This document shows, in pieces, positions 11,724 to 24,057 of a stretch of 64,000 nucleotides of DNA. Below the pieces are notes generated by a model that worked only from the letters and a program-made list of their open reading frames with translations, made no database searches and had not been told where the DNA came from. Within the stretch, counting starts at the first letter, position 1. The number at the start of each line of letters is the position of its first letter. Source of the DNA: Catajapyx aquilonaris (Eukaryota). The stretch spans positions 1-64,000 of the forward strand of contig KZ538497.1 of the NCBI GenBank assembly GCA_000934665.2. Reading direction: 5' to 3'. The position numbers and the translations under genes were made by a program.

Positions 11724-11853
11724 ATGGACGTGGAGGAGGCTGAGAAGATGCTGTGGTTTCCCAACTGGGTGTCCAACATGAACCCCTGGCCGTACCTGAT
11801 CATGGCCCACTGCGTAGAGGCGGCCATCATGGTCAGGAAGGACATGAAGACCA
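11724..11853 (+). CDS. TMEM38: Putative alternative first coding exon 1b of TMEM38
   Basis: ATG 11724 to donor CCA|gtaagt at 11854, phase 1; MDVEEAEKMLWFPNWVSNMNPWPYLIMAHCVEAAIMVRKDMKT is homologous to exon 1c (MD.E...N.V..M..WPY...AHC......VR.D). Initiator-like TCAGTC at 11657-11662. Confidence 0.75.
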
Positions 11854-13211
11854 GTAAGTGCTCACAATTGACAAACATCATCGATCAGCAGCACATCTTG
11901 GGCCAATAATTCTGTCGCTCCAGCAAGCGAATAAGCTACGGTTTTTTCTATAGTCTATTTATAAAATATTCGAAACATAGACACCTGCTGTCGCGACTAT
12001 AGCAAGGTGACTATATTACGTAAAAAAAAAGGCAAAGCAGCATATAGGAAGCACGGATAAATCGACCAAGAATAATTGAGTTTTTCCATACGAATGGAAT
12101 TTCTCAAGGTTGGTTCCACCAATAATTAGTAGGTTCATGAATAGATGTAGTCATTGTTGCGGAAATAATTTTGCACCGTAAATGAATTACAATGCCTACG
12201 TTTAAAGAACTTTTAGGGTTTTTGTTCGGTTGAATTGACACAATAACAGACTACATTTTGCGCCGAAACTAATCCTATACGACGACGAGCGCGCATGGAT
12301 CTAGCAACAGAATAGAGCGATCTATTATGCAGCAAGATGTTTCGTAACATTCGTCGGGTAATATTGCATGAAAATAATGTACTACACTGTACAGTCGACT
12401 GCATATACTGATTTTAAAAATGGAAACCACACTCAGGTCAAGGCCACTAAAACGCCGTTTTTAATATTGATAATTCAACAATACGCCATCAGTATAACAA
12501 TGTTGAATATTTGCATCGTTATATCCTGACAATGTCATATTGAATTGCAAGTGTCTTCAAATTGCATATGACTTGAAGTGCAAATCGCCCGACGGTATTT
12601 TAAAAATATTGGAAGTGAGGTAAAAAAAAACACAGAAGTGAAAGCCACCACAAATAATGTACCATTAAATTTTATTGATATTCAACAACACTAAGACATA
12701 TTACATAGTAACAATTACATAATTACATGTACCTAGTAACAGTAAATAGAGCAATAATTGAACACCTGCAATAATTATATTGCCAATGAAAGAATATATT
12801 GAATTTTCATCGTTTTTTGTGAATGTGAATTGGCTGAAGTGTATATGACTTTTCATTGCACGTACATGCCTCATCTAAGTGCGCGATTCATATACCCGGC
12901 TCTTATTTCCCACGCTGAGGGTGTGTGTGCTGTGCCAATATAAAGTGGGTGGGCGGGTGGGGTTTGCTGGCCCCCCTCCACAAACCGGTCCCCTATAATA
13001 TTATCCACCAAGAGCAGGCAGGGTATGTTACTCTGAGAAGGGGAGCCGACGAGAGAGGGTCCATCTCTCTCTCTCTGTCTCCTAGAAGAGATAGTGGTGG
13101 GCAGGGGGTTATTACATCTCCTCTAGAGACTCCTCGTGTGAGGTCGGTCCGTGTCTGTCGGAGAATATCGTCGTCTCGTCAGGAGAAGATCCTCCTCCTC
13201 CTCATCCAGCC

Positions 13212-15631
13212 ATGGACCCCGAGGCCTTCCTGGACCTGGCCAACCAGGTGACCAAGCTGAAGATGTGGCCTTACTTCGACGTGGCCCACTGCGCCTTGTG
13301 CTGCCTGGCGGTCAGGGAGGACCTCGGACCCACCGGTATATACAATCGATCAATCAATCAATCAATCAATCACCCACGAGAGAGACACCTATAGTGTCGC
13401 TGACTATCGTGTTACTACATGTCGAGTGATATCCCGTCCCCCTTTCTATATACTACTGATATTGGAAAGAAAAAAATATTTTTGTTAAAAAAATAATTTT
13501 TCTTCGGGTAATTCGAACTTCGGGTTGATTTATTCTGGTATTCGGAGAGCTATTTTGGGGGGCCGTATTTGTCCGGACCATGTCTCGTCAAAAATATATC
13601 TGGGGGGGTACAAAAACAAAATGATTTGCAATTTTTTATTAGTCGGGACATTTTTTTTGCCCGAATATATAAACTCTTTGAAGAGAGATACGTCAGTTTG
13701 CAGCTTTTTTCCCCGTTGCTTATTAATGTTGGCAGACTGTAACATAATTTATGGAGAGTGCACCTCCGGGGGCTACATTTAAAAAAAAAAACACTTCCGG
13801 TGCGCACCTGCTCGAAGATTATTCAACCCAGTGGCACCGCCGGATCAAAGCGGATTTTATTACTATAGACACTGCATGGTTTTATTATAGACCGAGTCCA
13901 CAGAAAATATCCTAAGGCATTTATAGTCTTTTTTTAAATAAAAAAGTGCAGTTTTGGCACTTTGAAAGGCATTAGCGTGAAAAGCTTCAGAGCATTATCA
14001 GTAGTCCCAAAGTGGGATAGATAGCCTGGACGTACAGACAAACTTTCCCATTTATATACATACTTCTTGAGGAATTTCCTTGCACACATGTGCATGTTTT
14101 TATTGAGTTTTGTCATTTATTTGCGGGTCGACCCACCCCGCCCTGGATATATATTTACATATGGATTGATGGAGTAGAGAGACCAGACAACATTGTGATA
14201 GTAAGATGATAGTGGATGAGCGTCTGGAAGAAGAAGAAGAGAGAAAAAGAAGGAAGGAGGGAAGGGTAAGAAGTGGACCCCTGGTTCCCAAAATAATCTG
14301 CAGCTCCAAATAGCTGCCGGGGATACATATGCCGGCTGGGGTCGAGAGAATGTGAATGTGTAGGTGTGGGAATAACCGTACACACACACTGCTGACCCCG
14401 ATATGTATGGGACTATACACCGTAATGGCACAAAAAAAAAATGTGCAAATCAATTAGGGGGGTGACAGCAAAAGTATTGGTTATGTTGAATGAGCAAAGT
14501 TGCAGCTCTTTGGAAAAAGAGGAAGAGAATCGATGCTAATTTATGATTCATGACCCTTCTTCGCAATAACACACCGGCTGGTGGATATGTAGGGCACTCC
14601 CCAAACGGCCGTTGCACTGTCACCTTCTCTGCATAACCATCAAAGGTTCCGCCTCCGCACATCAAGGGTCGATATGTTGCATTTGGTATAACTCTGCAAT
14701 GTATTTTGCACACTTGCAATACTGAACAACGCTTCATTGCTGTCAAAGAAGTGGCTAGCTGCATCACGTACTGTCTCCTTCCAGGTGCTCTCCCGTTCTC
14801 CCGGAAGCACCCGCTGGCATGCTGGCTGTCCACCATGATGGTCATCTTCGCTGGCGGACTGATAGCGAATGCCCTCCTGGGTGAGCCCATCCTGGCCCCG
14901 GTCAAGAACAACCAGCAGCTCCTCCTGGCCACCGCAGTCTGGTACGCCATCTTCTACTCCCCGTTCGACGTCGGGTACAAGATAGCCAAGTTCCTGCCGG
15001 TCAAGCTGGTGCTGGCGGCCATGAAGGAGGTGTACCGCTGCAAGAAGGTGCACGACGGAGTCTCCCACGCGGCCAAGCTGTACCCAAACGCATACCTGAT
15101 CATGATTCTAATCGGGACCATCAAGGGCAACGGGGCCGGGTTCCTCAGGATCTACGAGAGGCTGGTCAGAGGGGTCTGGACGCCAACGTCCATGGAGTTC
15201 ATGCAGCCCAGCTTGTGAGTATCAAGTCATTCTCTGCAAATACACATAGAGATTAATCAACCGCCTCTTTCGCAGCCCAACGAAAGCTTGCATCGTGGCC
15301 GCACTCATCTTCGTACTGGACAAGAAGACGGACTGGATCTCCGCTCCTCACGCTCTTGTCTACTTCGGAATTGTCATATTCTTCGTGTATTTCAAGGTGA
15401 CGAATCGGTTTCGTCTGACCCGGTTGCGGAATACTTATTCTCTGTCCCTGCTTTCAGTTGTCGTCGATATTGCTGGGCATACACGACCCGTTCTTGCCGT
15501 TTGAGAACCTCTTCTGCGCCATCTTCCTCGGAGGACTCTTCGACTCCGTGTCCAGAGCCTTCGGAGGCAAGGGTGGCGATGCCTCGAAGGGAGACGCGGC
15601 CAAGAACGAGGGAGCCAAGAAGAAGGACTAG
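13212..15631 (+). CDS. TMEM38: Trimeric intracellular cation channel (TRIC/TMEM38), canonical isoform, 282 aa
   Basis: Exons 13212-13335, 14785-15214, 15276-15396, 15458-15631. MDPEAFLDLANQV..., FSRKHPLACWLSTM, LLGEPILAP, KFLPVK, GVSHAAKLYPNA and KGNGAG are recognisable invertebrate TRIC motifs; ends in KKKD (dilysine ER-retrieval-like). Confidence 0.95.
13345..13372 (+). repeat. (ATCA)n microsatellite just downstream of the exon 1c donor
   Basis: atcgatcaatcaatcaatcaatcaatca. Confidence 0.8.
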
Positions 15632-16806
15632 CCTCGTAATACCTGAAGGTCGAAGCCCCCCATTTGCTGGTCAGTCGCATTAATTTAATTTTAAAAAAAT
15701 GCAATAATGTCATTAGGTAATAAGCTGTAAAAGAAAATGAACCAACTTGTTAAGTTTTGTTTACATTATTTTTTTCCCATTATTTTGTTTTGCAGAATTT
15801 GGGCAGTATTTTGGGAACAACTTGGATATCGTCGGAAAGCAACAAATGCGGGGGCGAGAAGAGTCAGATCGAGTCCTGAACAAGAGTGAAAGTGCGAGTG
15901 TGTGTGGAAAAAGCATGTTGGCGTGACTGCGTTTTAATTTGTCCCCGTTCCCTGCCCAGTCATCGAGAGTTTTATCGTTGTTATTGTTTTAATTTTAAAA
16001 TGAAAAAGAACTGCCAAGGGTCACACCGCGTTGCTCATTTTTGTTTTTTGGTTTCTGTCCGCTTTCGTCTGCATTTCTTGAGCGGTCAAATCGTTTCGTT
16101 GCCGAGGCCGTTTTCCTCAAGAAGCACAAAACTGGTGGGTGCCTGGCGGCCTCGACAATGAAAAGCGATTTCCTACTCGCAAACTCTCTCCACTCTGCTG
16201 CTTTCATTACGTCTCGTTAATCCCCAGTGGGTTTGGTCGTAATCAGATTTTACGGAATTCGCTGGTGAATCACGCCAAATACACAAAAAGTCGAGGTACA
16301 ACATTTTTAATTTATATGCAAAGTGACATATCTTTGTGCAACATGTAAAAAAAAAAAAACACCAAACAAAAAAAAAGTGCTGACAATACACAGTGTTTTT
16401 GATGTTCATGTGTTACGTTATAGTCATGCAGTTTTATTACCCTTTGATGCAAAGAAAAATGACAAAAAAAAATAATACATAGAACATCTTAATTTCTAGG
16501 TCTCGACAATTTCTTTTTTTCCCGTGCATGTACCTGTGGTTTTTATTCCCCCTCTCCCAGTTCTAATGTAAGTGCAGTACTTTTCTGACAAAAAGGAACA
16601 ATGTGATTTTTACTGTTCAATAAAATGAGATCCTAGAAACGTGCACATGTTTTGGCAATTTCACAGCCGTTCAAAATGGTCCCACGCAGCATTTGGCATA
16701 CACTGTATGAAAAAATTAATATGTAAATCACACCACTTTTTTTCATTTAGTTGAACCAGGCCGCGGCTAATTTGTTCTTTGGCTTGAATACTCTGCGCGC
16801 AAGTGA

Positions 16807-17225
16807 TTAAGCCGATGAAACCCACTGGTCGTTTGTGGGCAGCCGCAGCGTTTCCAGCGCCAACCGCATTTCCTCCAGCGCAAACCTCCCGTCCTCCTGC
16901 GCTTTCCTCTTCCCCGGCCCAACGGCTGGCCTTCCTTCCGCCTCCTGCAGGGCATGCGGACCAGCCTCGAAGATAGTCGGCATCACATTCATATGCCACT
17001 GCCCATTCAACAGCCGCATCCTTTTTCGAGGCCCACTTTCCATCTCAGCGACTGATGGAAAAATGTACGTGCTCCAAGATGACGGAAAATGATTCTCCGA
17101 CGCACCATTCAGAGCCAGATTTTCATCTTGAAGCAAAAATCCCTGAAGGTTAATTAGTGTTTAATTATTACATTGGATTTATTATTAGAAACGCATACGT
17201 TGTAGTCCGGTATGGCCCATTTCAT
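16807..17225 (-). CDS. Uncharacterised ~120-aa protein, 2 coding exons
   Basis: Exon 17225-17199 (MKWAIPDYN|gtatgc) + exon 17142-16807 (ctaattaaccttcag|GFLLQDENL...GPRKRMRL...GKRKAQED...WVSSA*). The 56-nt intron is typical of this region, and an upstream acceptor at ~17290 implies a 5' UTR exon. No family recognised. Confidence 0.55.
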
Positions 17226-17553
17226 ATCCGGCTACTATTTTATTCACCAGAAAAATTTCTGCTGGACATACTAGTTGCCGTGCAAATGCTGAAAAATTAA
17301 ATATTTAATTTAAATGGACAGCCAATGTGTTCTTTTTTCTAGTCCTTGACAAAAAAACAACAACACGGAATTCCACCGCCCATTTGGACACCCGGCTACT
17401 GTTTTATTAACCAGAAAATTTCCTGACATTGTCGTAATGCAATCTGTAATATTAATATCTAATTTACCTGCTCACAAACGGAGTTTGCGCTTTAAAAACG
17501 ACGCAAAAATCCAGCTGAATTATTCACAGAAGAAAATAATAAGCCTACAGTGC

Positions 17554-17565
17554 GCCGCCATCTTG
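17554..17565. promoter_or_regulatory. YY1-like core-promoter motif (GCCGCCATCTTG) in the divergent promoter between the orphan gene and SARA
   Basis: Matches the reverse complement of AAGATGGCGGC; similar motifs occur at ~26609-26620 just upstream of WBP11 and at 6741-6750. Confidence 0.4.
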
Positions 17566-18193
17566 AAACAAGGTTGCCAGACGATATTGCTCACATGCTG
17601 TACAGCCACGGAAATCCACTTGTTATTCATAATTCGATCTAATATTAATATTTACATTTACTACATGCTTATTGACACTCACAGTAGTTATTACATGGCT
17701 TTTTATAATGTATTGTCTAATTAAATGTGGATCCCGTGGCTATTCAGCATACCGGTCTGTATGACGGCAGGAAGTGAGTGTCACATTCATCTGGCAACAC
17801 CAGTACCGGATGACTCATCGTGAAGAAACAAAAAAAAAAAAGTGCCCACCCCTCCCATTCCCCCCTCCCCTTCCCCTCCCCTTCAAAAAAAAAAAAGTGC
17901 AAGTTGCAATTAGAGAGGGTCTTGCAACAATTGTCCCTCCTGATGACACCGCGTCTGGGAGGCAGCCCGTCTCCTGCAGACCAGCAGCAACACCGGACTG
18001 GAAACAGCCCATAAAAAAAAGGTCGATTAACCCATTTTTTAATATGAATTAATTAAAAAAGGACGACTTTGCAACAACATTTAATTAAACAAAAAAAAAA
18101 CAGGGAGCAGCGTGAGAAATAATTTTTTAAATATTTTAATAAAATGGTTCACAGATTTTTTGGGTTGGTTTTGCGAAGACGGACGGACGGGAG

Positions 18194-21100
18194 ATGGAGA
18201 AGTTTGCGGTGGACCTCGACAAGGTCCTGGACGAGTTCGAGCTGGAGGAAGGTGAGATGACGGCAGCCGCTTTAATCATTAAATTGTTTTAATTAGACTA
18301 CCGCTTACATTTGGCCTGTACCGTGTAATTGCCGCACGTTGTACGAGCGCAACGAGAAAAGGTCGGGTGCGATTTTCTGACACATGCTCTGATATGTACA
18401 GACAAACTAGTCGCACTTGTACTGGCTAGTCGCACTTGCTCTGATATGGGCTAGTCGCACTTTCTACATGTCGGGCGACAATGGCAAATGTACGGATTTT
18501 GCACTAGACGTACGTATGAGTCAGCTGGCCGGCAAGTATCAATATTTGCGATGGTAATGTTTTCATTGCGCACTGCCACGTGATTGCGTCTTATCTGATG
18601 ATAATTCAGTCGTTGCGCTTCAGTGCGAAAGGAACGCGGCTCAATTCGGACGGTACTGCAGGTCTGATTTTAAAATATTCAGGCGGTACGTAAATTTGTT
18701 TGTAAGTTCATAAGACTGTAAGTTCGTACGACTGTAAGTGCGAAAGAGCCAGCCAATTGTATCGATACGTCGCTATTTCTAGTGGGCCTATCGGAAATGC
18801 GTACATTTTTCAGATTGCGTCAACTTGCATTGTCGGCCAAGAAATGCATTGTTGTGCAATTAAAAACTCAAAACATTAGATTGCGCAATAAAATTTAAAG
18901 AGACACAAACAGCTGATAATAAATAAGCGCAATGATCTTTGATCAGGTTGATGCAACGATGGACTACCTTATCAATGTCACTCATTTCTAAGGACACGAC
19001 AGCTAATTATTAATACGTTTTTTTTTCTCATTGAGCAGATCAGGCGGAGCAAGTAGCCGGAAGAAAACTAGACAAGTCGGCTCAAGTGTTGCCGAGTGTG
19101 ACTCCGCAGGCCGATGAGACGCAGCAGGAGACGCTGGAAATCGAGGCAAGTTCGGACATTTTAATATGTTCATAAGGATCAGAAAAAAAGAGGAGCCGAA
19201 TATTGATGAGATGATTATTTGGCCGTGTGCCAAGGACATATTTTGATTGGTAGCAAGTTGCGTGGCTTCACGTCACATGCATTAATATTCATCGCATGTT
19301 ACTGACGATGCTTGCGATGATTTTGCAGGAAGAGTCGTCCAAGTCCGTGGTGGACGTCCACATTGAGGACATTCGGATAGGGACGGAAGTGGAGGAGACG
19401 GTGGAAGAGGCGCAGACTGAGCGACTATCGAATGGGCTGACTGAGAGTGACGCCAACCCGGTGATGGTGATCGAAGAGGAGAAGGAAGAGGAGGTTCAAG
19501 ACGGGAACAGGGAAGCGGACAGTGTGGTTCGGTTTGGACAGTGCGATGAGAGCGAACAGGATCTCGAGAGCTGCCTGGAACATTTGTTGGAGGAAGAAGA
19601 AATGGAGTGCGGAAAGACCTTAGATTTGGTCGAAACAATGTCGACGGCAGCGGAAGTACGGCGCTCGCAGAATCCGGACGTCGTAAGGCATCATCAGGAG
19701 GACACCAAAGAGGAGGCGGACGAAATAGATAATCTGTCCCACACGTTATCCGAAATGATGCGCGATTCCCCGTCAGCGTCGGAGGGGCTTGTTATGTTGT
19801 GCGAGGAGAGTCGCAACGAAGCAGTTAAGTCGGAGCATAGGCCCGCACAGCCAGTCAGTATGTGTGAAGAGCCTCGGACACATCAGCGGCCTGTCACATT
19901 GGACGTGACGCCTTGTCAGCCGGTGGACCAACCCAGAGAGGACGAGGCTGCCCCGAAAGTGCAGCGGCCGACGTCGCTGCATCTCCCGGCCAAAATAACA
20001 GTCCCGCAACAGGCCGCCACAGAATCAGAGGCGGAATCGGACGACGACCTTGCCCAAAACGCGGTGATCGGCCCACCTGGCGCGACCCCTGCGAACCCCA
20101 GACCGCCATCGAACGTAGGGTCGCCATCGCCGCCGCCTCCGTACCACGTAGCATGTGCCCAACCGCCGATGGCCCCGCCGGTTGTTCCTCCCAGTGAACC
20201 ATCCCCTCCGTCGTCCTCTCCGTCTTCGTCCGCATCCCCGTCGCCTCCTGATTCACCCGGTGCATGTCCGCACCAACCCTTAGGCGCCCCTCCGTCGCCC
20301 CTATCCATTCTAACCGAGGACGAAAGACGACTTGGGAAAGTCCCGCCGTTTTGGGTTCCGGACGTGGAGGCCCCCGTTTGCATGCGATGCGAAACCAAGT
20401 TCACGGTGATAAAGAGGCGACACCACTGCCGGGCTTGCGGAAAGGTGAGTCCGCATGTTGCGACCCGTTTGCATTGTACTAACGCTATATCTCCGCAGGT
20501 GCTATGTTCTCATTGTTGCAATAGTAGATCGAAGCTGTCCTATTTGGACGGGAAGGAAGCGAGGGTTTGCCAGACTTGCCTCACCACCATCAACAAAGGT
20601 TTGTGTTTCGCGGGTTAGCCGGAGTTGCGCTTTTCAATTCGATCTCGTTGCAGTCACGTCTCTGGAGCAGGCCTCTGGTATGATGTGTGATGCCGAGGGC
20701 GCCGTTGGTGGAGCCGTTGGCGGTGCTGTTGGCGGCGCCGTCGGGGGCGTGGGTCCCCCGCACCTTCCGCTGGGGAGGCGACCCAACCCGAACAACCCGA
20801 TGGAGTACTGCTCCACCATTCCGCCGTTGCAGCAGGCCAGGGAGAACCTGAACCAGCCGCCTCCTTCCGTCATGGTTCCAGTCTCCGTGCTCAAAAGAGA
20901 AGGTCAGCATTGCCGTAGCTTTAAACAGTATTTCCCCCGTGATGCGCATCACGTTACTTGCGATAAGGACCTCCGTTTGCCTCACTATCAGCGAATAATT
21001 TAAGACAAACAGGATGTAAACATCGATTGTACGCCACATCGTACGTGGCAATACGAATTCATTACAAGCGCACAAGTGGTACGGAAAATTTGTTACAAGT

Positions 21101-24057
21101 CGATCGACTCGACTTTCTTCCGACAACAATGAATTTTTTTTGACAGGTAATCGAATGAACTAATTGGATTTTAGAGCAATTTCTTTTTATTTTTCCCAGC
21201 CAAATTCGTACAGTACCCGTAATTGTTTTGGCAGTAATTGAACAAGTACGCCGGTTAATGCTGCATGTCTCTTTTGAGAATACGATTAGATTATACGATG
21301 CTTTTTAGTTTTAATCAGTCGTAGCGTTTTGTGTCATGTCGCTTTGGTCTGCGGTGAAGGTCGCTAGTCGATTAATTCGACCTCAATGAGATTATATACC
21401 ACTTTCATTAATTACGTACTTCTTGACGCGGGAAATTCACACAACTTGAATTTACAGACGGTCGTCTTAATTTGTCGAAAGCCCGTCCGATTCGCTAAGC
21501 CTTTGCCTAAAGACCATCGCGTCTGGTTTATTCCGAGTGCATGTTGGGCCTAACAAAAACGTGTGTTGTGGATCGTAAACAACAAAAAAGGGAGCATGAA
21601 GCCTCGAGGGGAGCCGAAGCAGGTGATGTTCAGCGATGGGATCCGACCTGGAGGTGACCTTACGGAGCTGGACGGCCCAGGGTCAGGACCAGGGTCAGAC
21701 CCCATGCTGCCTAGGGCATCGGCCGGAAGGGTCAAGAGGCAGGTCATCACCCCCACAGGTCAGGACTCTTAACATCCGACTGCACTAAAAAATAATTAAA
21801 AAGAAAAATACTCGGCAGAACGAGAGACGCTTTTCACGCAACAATGCGAAAGAGGGAGAGAGAGTCTGGGGAACCGTTTCACGTTAAAAAAGGATTTTAA
21901 AGGAGATCCGCGCTTTCAGGAGCGGAAGGGTCGAAGGGAGGGTGGCGAGCAGGAGGAGGGCCAATTGCCCAGGGGCCGTCCGCCCAGGGGCCGACCCCAC
22001 CCCCCCAGCCGCAGCCCCCTTCCTCCGCCACTACCCCTCCCCCTGCGGTGGTGAGGGTCCTCCGGACAGCCTCGGTGGACGGCCAGCCCTGCCTCCTGCC
22101 GCCAAACGGACGAGGGCTGCCCCCTGTGCTTATTGGCACCGGGTCAAAAGGAGGTCAGTCTTTAAAAACATTCCAAAAAAAAAGCAATACGGACATTAAC
22201 AATGTTTTCTTCTACTCTCTCTCTCACTCTCTCTTGTTTGCCAGTTGCTATCATACGGTTGCGGGAGAACCACAAGAAAACTAGCCGTTTTGTTCCTTCC
22301 GTTTCAGAATACTTGTTCGACGAACAGCCCGATTCGGATAAGCTTCTGGAGCGAATGAAGGACGAGACGTCGCCTCCAGTGGCGTTTGCGCTCAACAAGA
22401 ATCTTTTCGTACTCGTAAAGCTTCTTACATGTAAGCCATCCCACTATTTACGATCGAATGTACGTTAACGCCGATTGCGTTTCAGTGGACTGTTGCGTGA
22501 ATCGCGTTTGTTGGTGCGTGACGTCGAAGGGGTTGAGCAGCGTGGGTCAAGATGAGATTGTGTTCGTCCTGGAAAGGCTTCCGGATGAGAACTCGCCGCC
22601 TCGGGATCTGTTTGCGCACATCCATCTTCTGCACCAGGAGGCCTCTCGAGGAACGACTGTCATGGAGATGGGTCACAGCCTGGTCACTGGCTCGTTTCTA
22701 GGGTCGAGAGACCACGGCGGCTTCATCTTCCTTCGCCCAACCTTCCAGTGCCTGCATAAACTAATCCTCCCGCCGCCTCCGTACCTCGTCGGAATCCTTC
22801 TGCAAAAATGGGAGGCGCCTTGGGCTAAGGTAGGTCGTAACGTGCTAATGCGGTTGCCGACTAATTACGTTCGATTGCAGGTGTTTCCGCTCCGATTGCT
22901 TCTCCGCCTCGGGGCCGAGTTCCGCTACTACCCCTGCCCACTAGTGAGTGTCCGCCATCGTCGTCCGCTTTACTGCGAAATCGGCCACACCATAATGAAC
23001 CTGCTGGCGGATCTCCGCAACTTCTCTTACTACCTTCCGGTCGTTAGAGGATTAGTGGTGCACATGGAGGACAAGAAGACCTCCCTGCTGCTTCCGAAGA
23101 ACCGGTGGCAGCAGGTGGCCTCCGCTGTGTCCAACTCAAACGAGCATGTTCTGGCTCTTGGCGCCAACTTCAGCCCGGGAGCCGACTCCCACTTGGTGTG
23201 CATGCAGCAGCCGGAAGACGCCTCGTACCACACCCAGGCCATCAACATCCAGAGCAGGCCGCGGAGGGTCACCGGCGCCTCCTTCGTTGTCTTCAACGGT
23301 GCGCTGAAAGCTGCGTCGGGGTTGACCGCCAAGTCGTCAATCGTTGAGGACGGGCTCATGGTGCAGGTGCTGCCTGCGACAATGGCAGCCATCAGAGCCG
23401 CATTGTTGGGGCTGAAGGATTATACCGTGCCATGCGGGCCAACCGGCGCATCTGCCCCGGACGAGGCTGTCATACTGAAGTGGGTCGACGACGACAGGAG
23501 CTTTAACGTTGGGTGAGACCCGGATTTAACTTGCGTCGTAATAAATCATTGTGATGATACGTAATTTCAGTGTGAAGAGCGGAATCGACGGGACGTCGTT
23601 GGAGGGCGTTGTCTCAATCCGAGTGCACAATGGTACTGATTACGTCGGGGAATCCTCGCAGCGGTTGATCCGATGGACCGAGGTGTTTCTCATCACTGGC
23701 GGCGGGACGTCGACCGCGCCTGGTTCAGCCCAGGGGCGGCCCTCGTCTGTTGGGGACGACCCTGTGGATGTCAGCCGCGTGGCCGAGGAGATAGCGAGGG
23801 CGGCCTGTGTGGGGCTGGCTCCACACTTGGACGGCCTCAGGGAATGCGGACTGAGCCCGCTCTCGGTACGGGCCACCATTGATCCGGATAACGTCGGGTA
23901 CGAGGCTGGTTCATGCGGCAAGAAGCTCCCCCCTCTGTACATGAACTGTCTGGACTCGGCCCTCGTCCCGGTGATTCACAAGGCCGCGTCCGGAGTCTCG
24001 TCTGATAGCGACGGCCCTTTAACGCTAGAGCTCATCTTCCATGTGCTCGAACACTGA
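18194..24057 (+). CDS. Sara: Smad anchor for receptor activation / endofin family FYVE-domain protein (ZFYVE9/ZFYVE16), ~1205 aa, 11 coding exons
   Basis: Exons 18194-18251, 19039-19145, 19329-20444, 20499-20598, 20654-20902, 21591-21758, 21920-22153, 22308-22430, 22486-22829, 22881-23512, 23571-24057 total 3618 nt in frame. N-terminal [14 protein letters not shown] (WVPD...[10 protein letters not shown]...RVC); Smad-binding [19 protein letters not shown]; RVxF-type KQVMF; C-terminal DUF3480-type domain ([12 protein letters not shown]). AATAAA at 24115-24120. Confidence 0.95.
18318..18657. mobile_element. Possible degenerate non-autonomous DNA transposon remnant in SARA intron
   Basis: Weak inverted ends (gtaccgt..aattg / caatt..acggtac) and three copies of ctagtcgcactt at 18407, 18426 and 18451. 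Confidence 0.3.
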
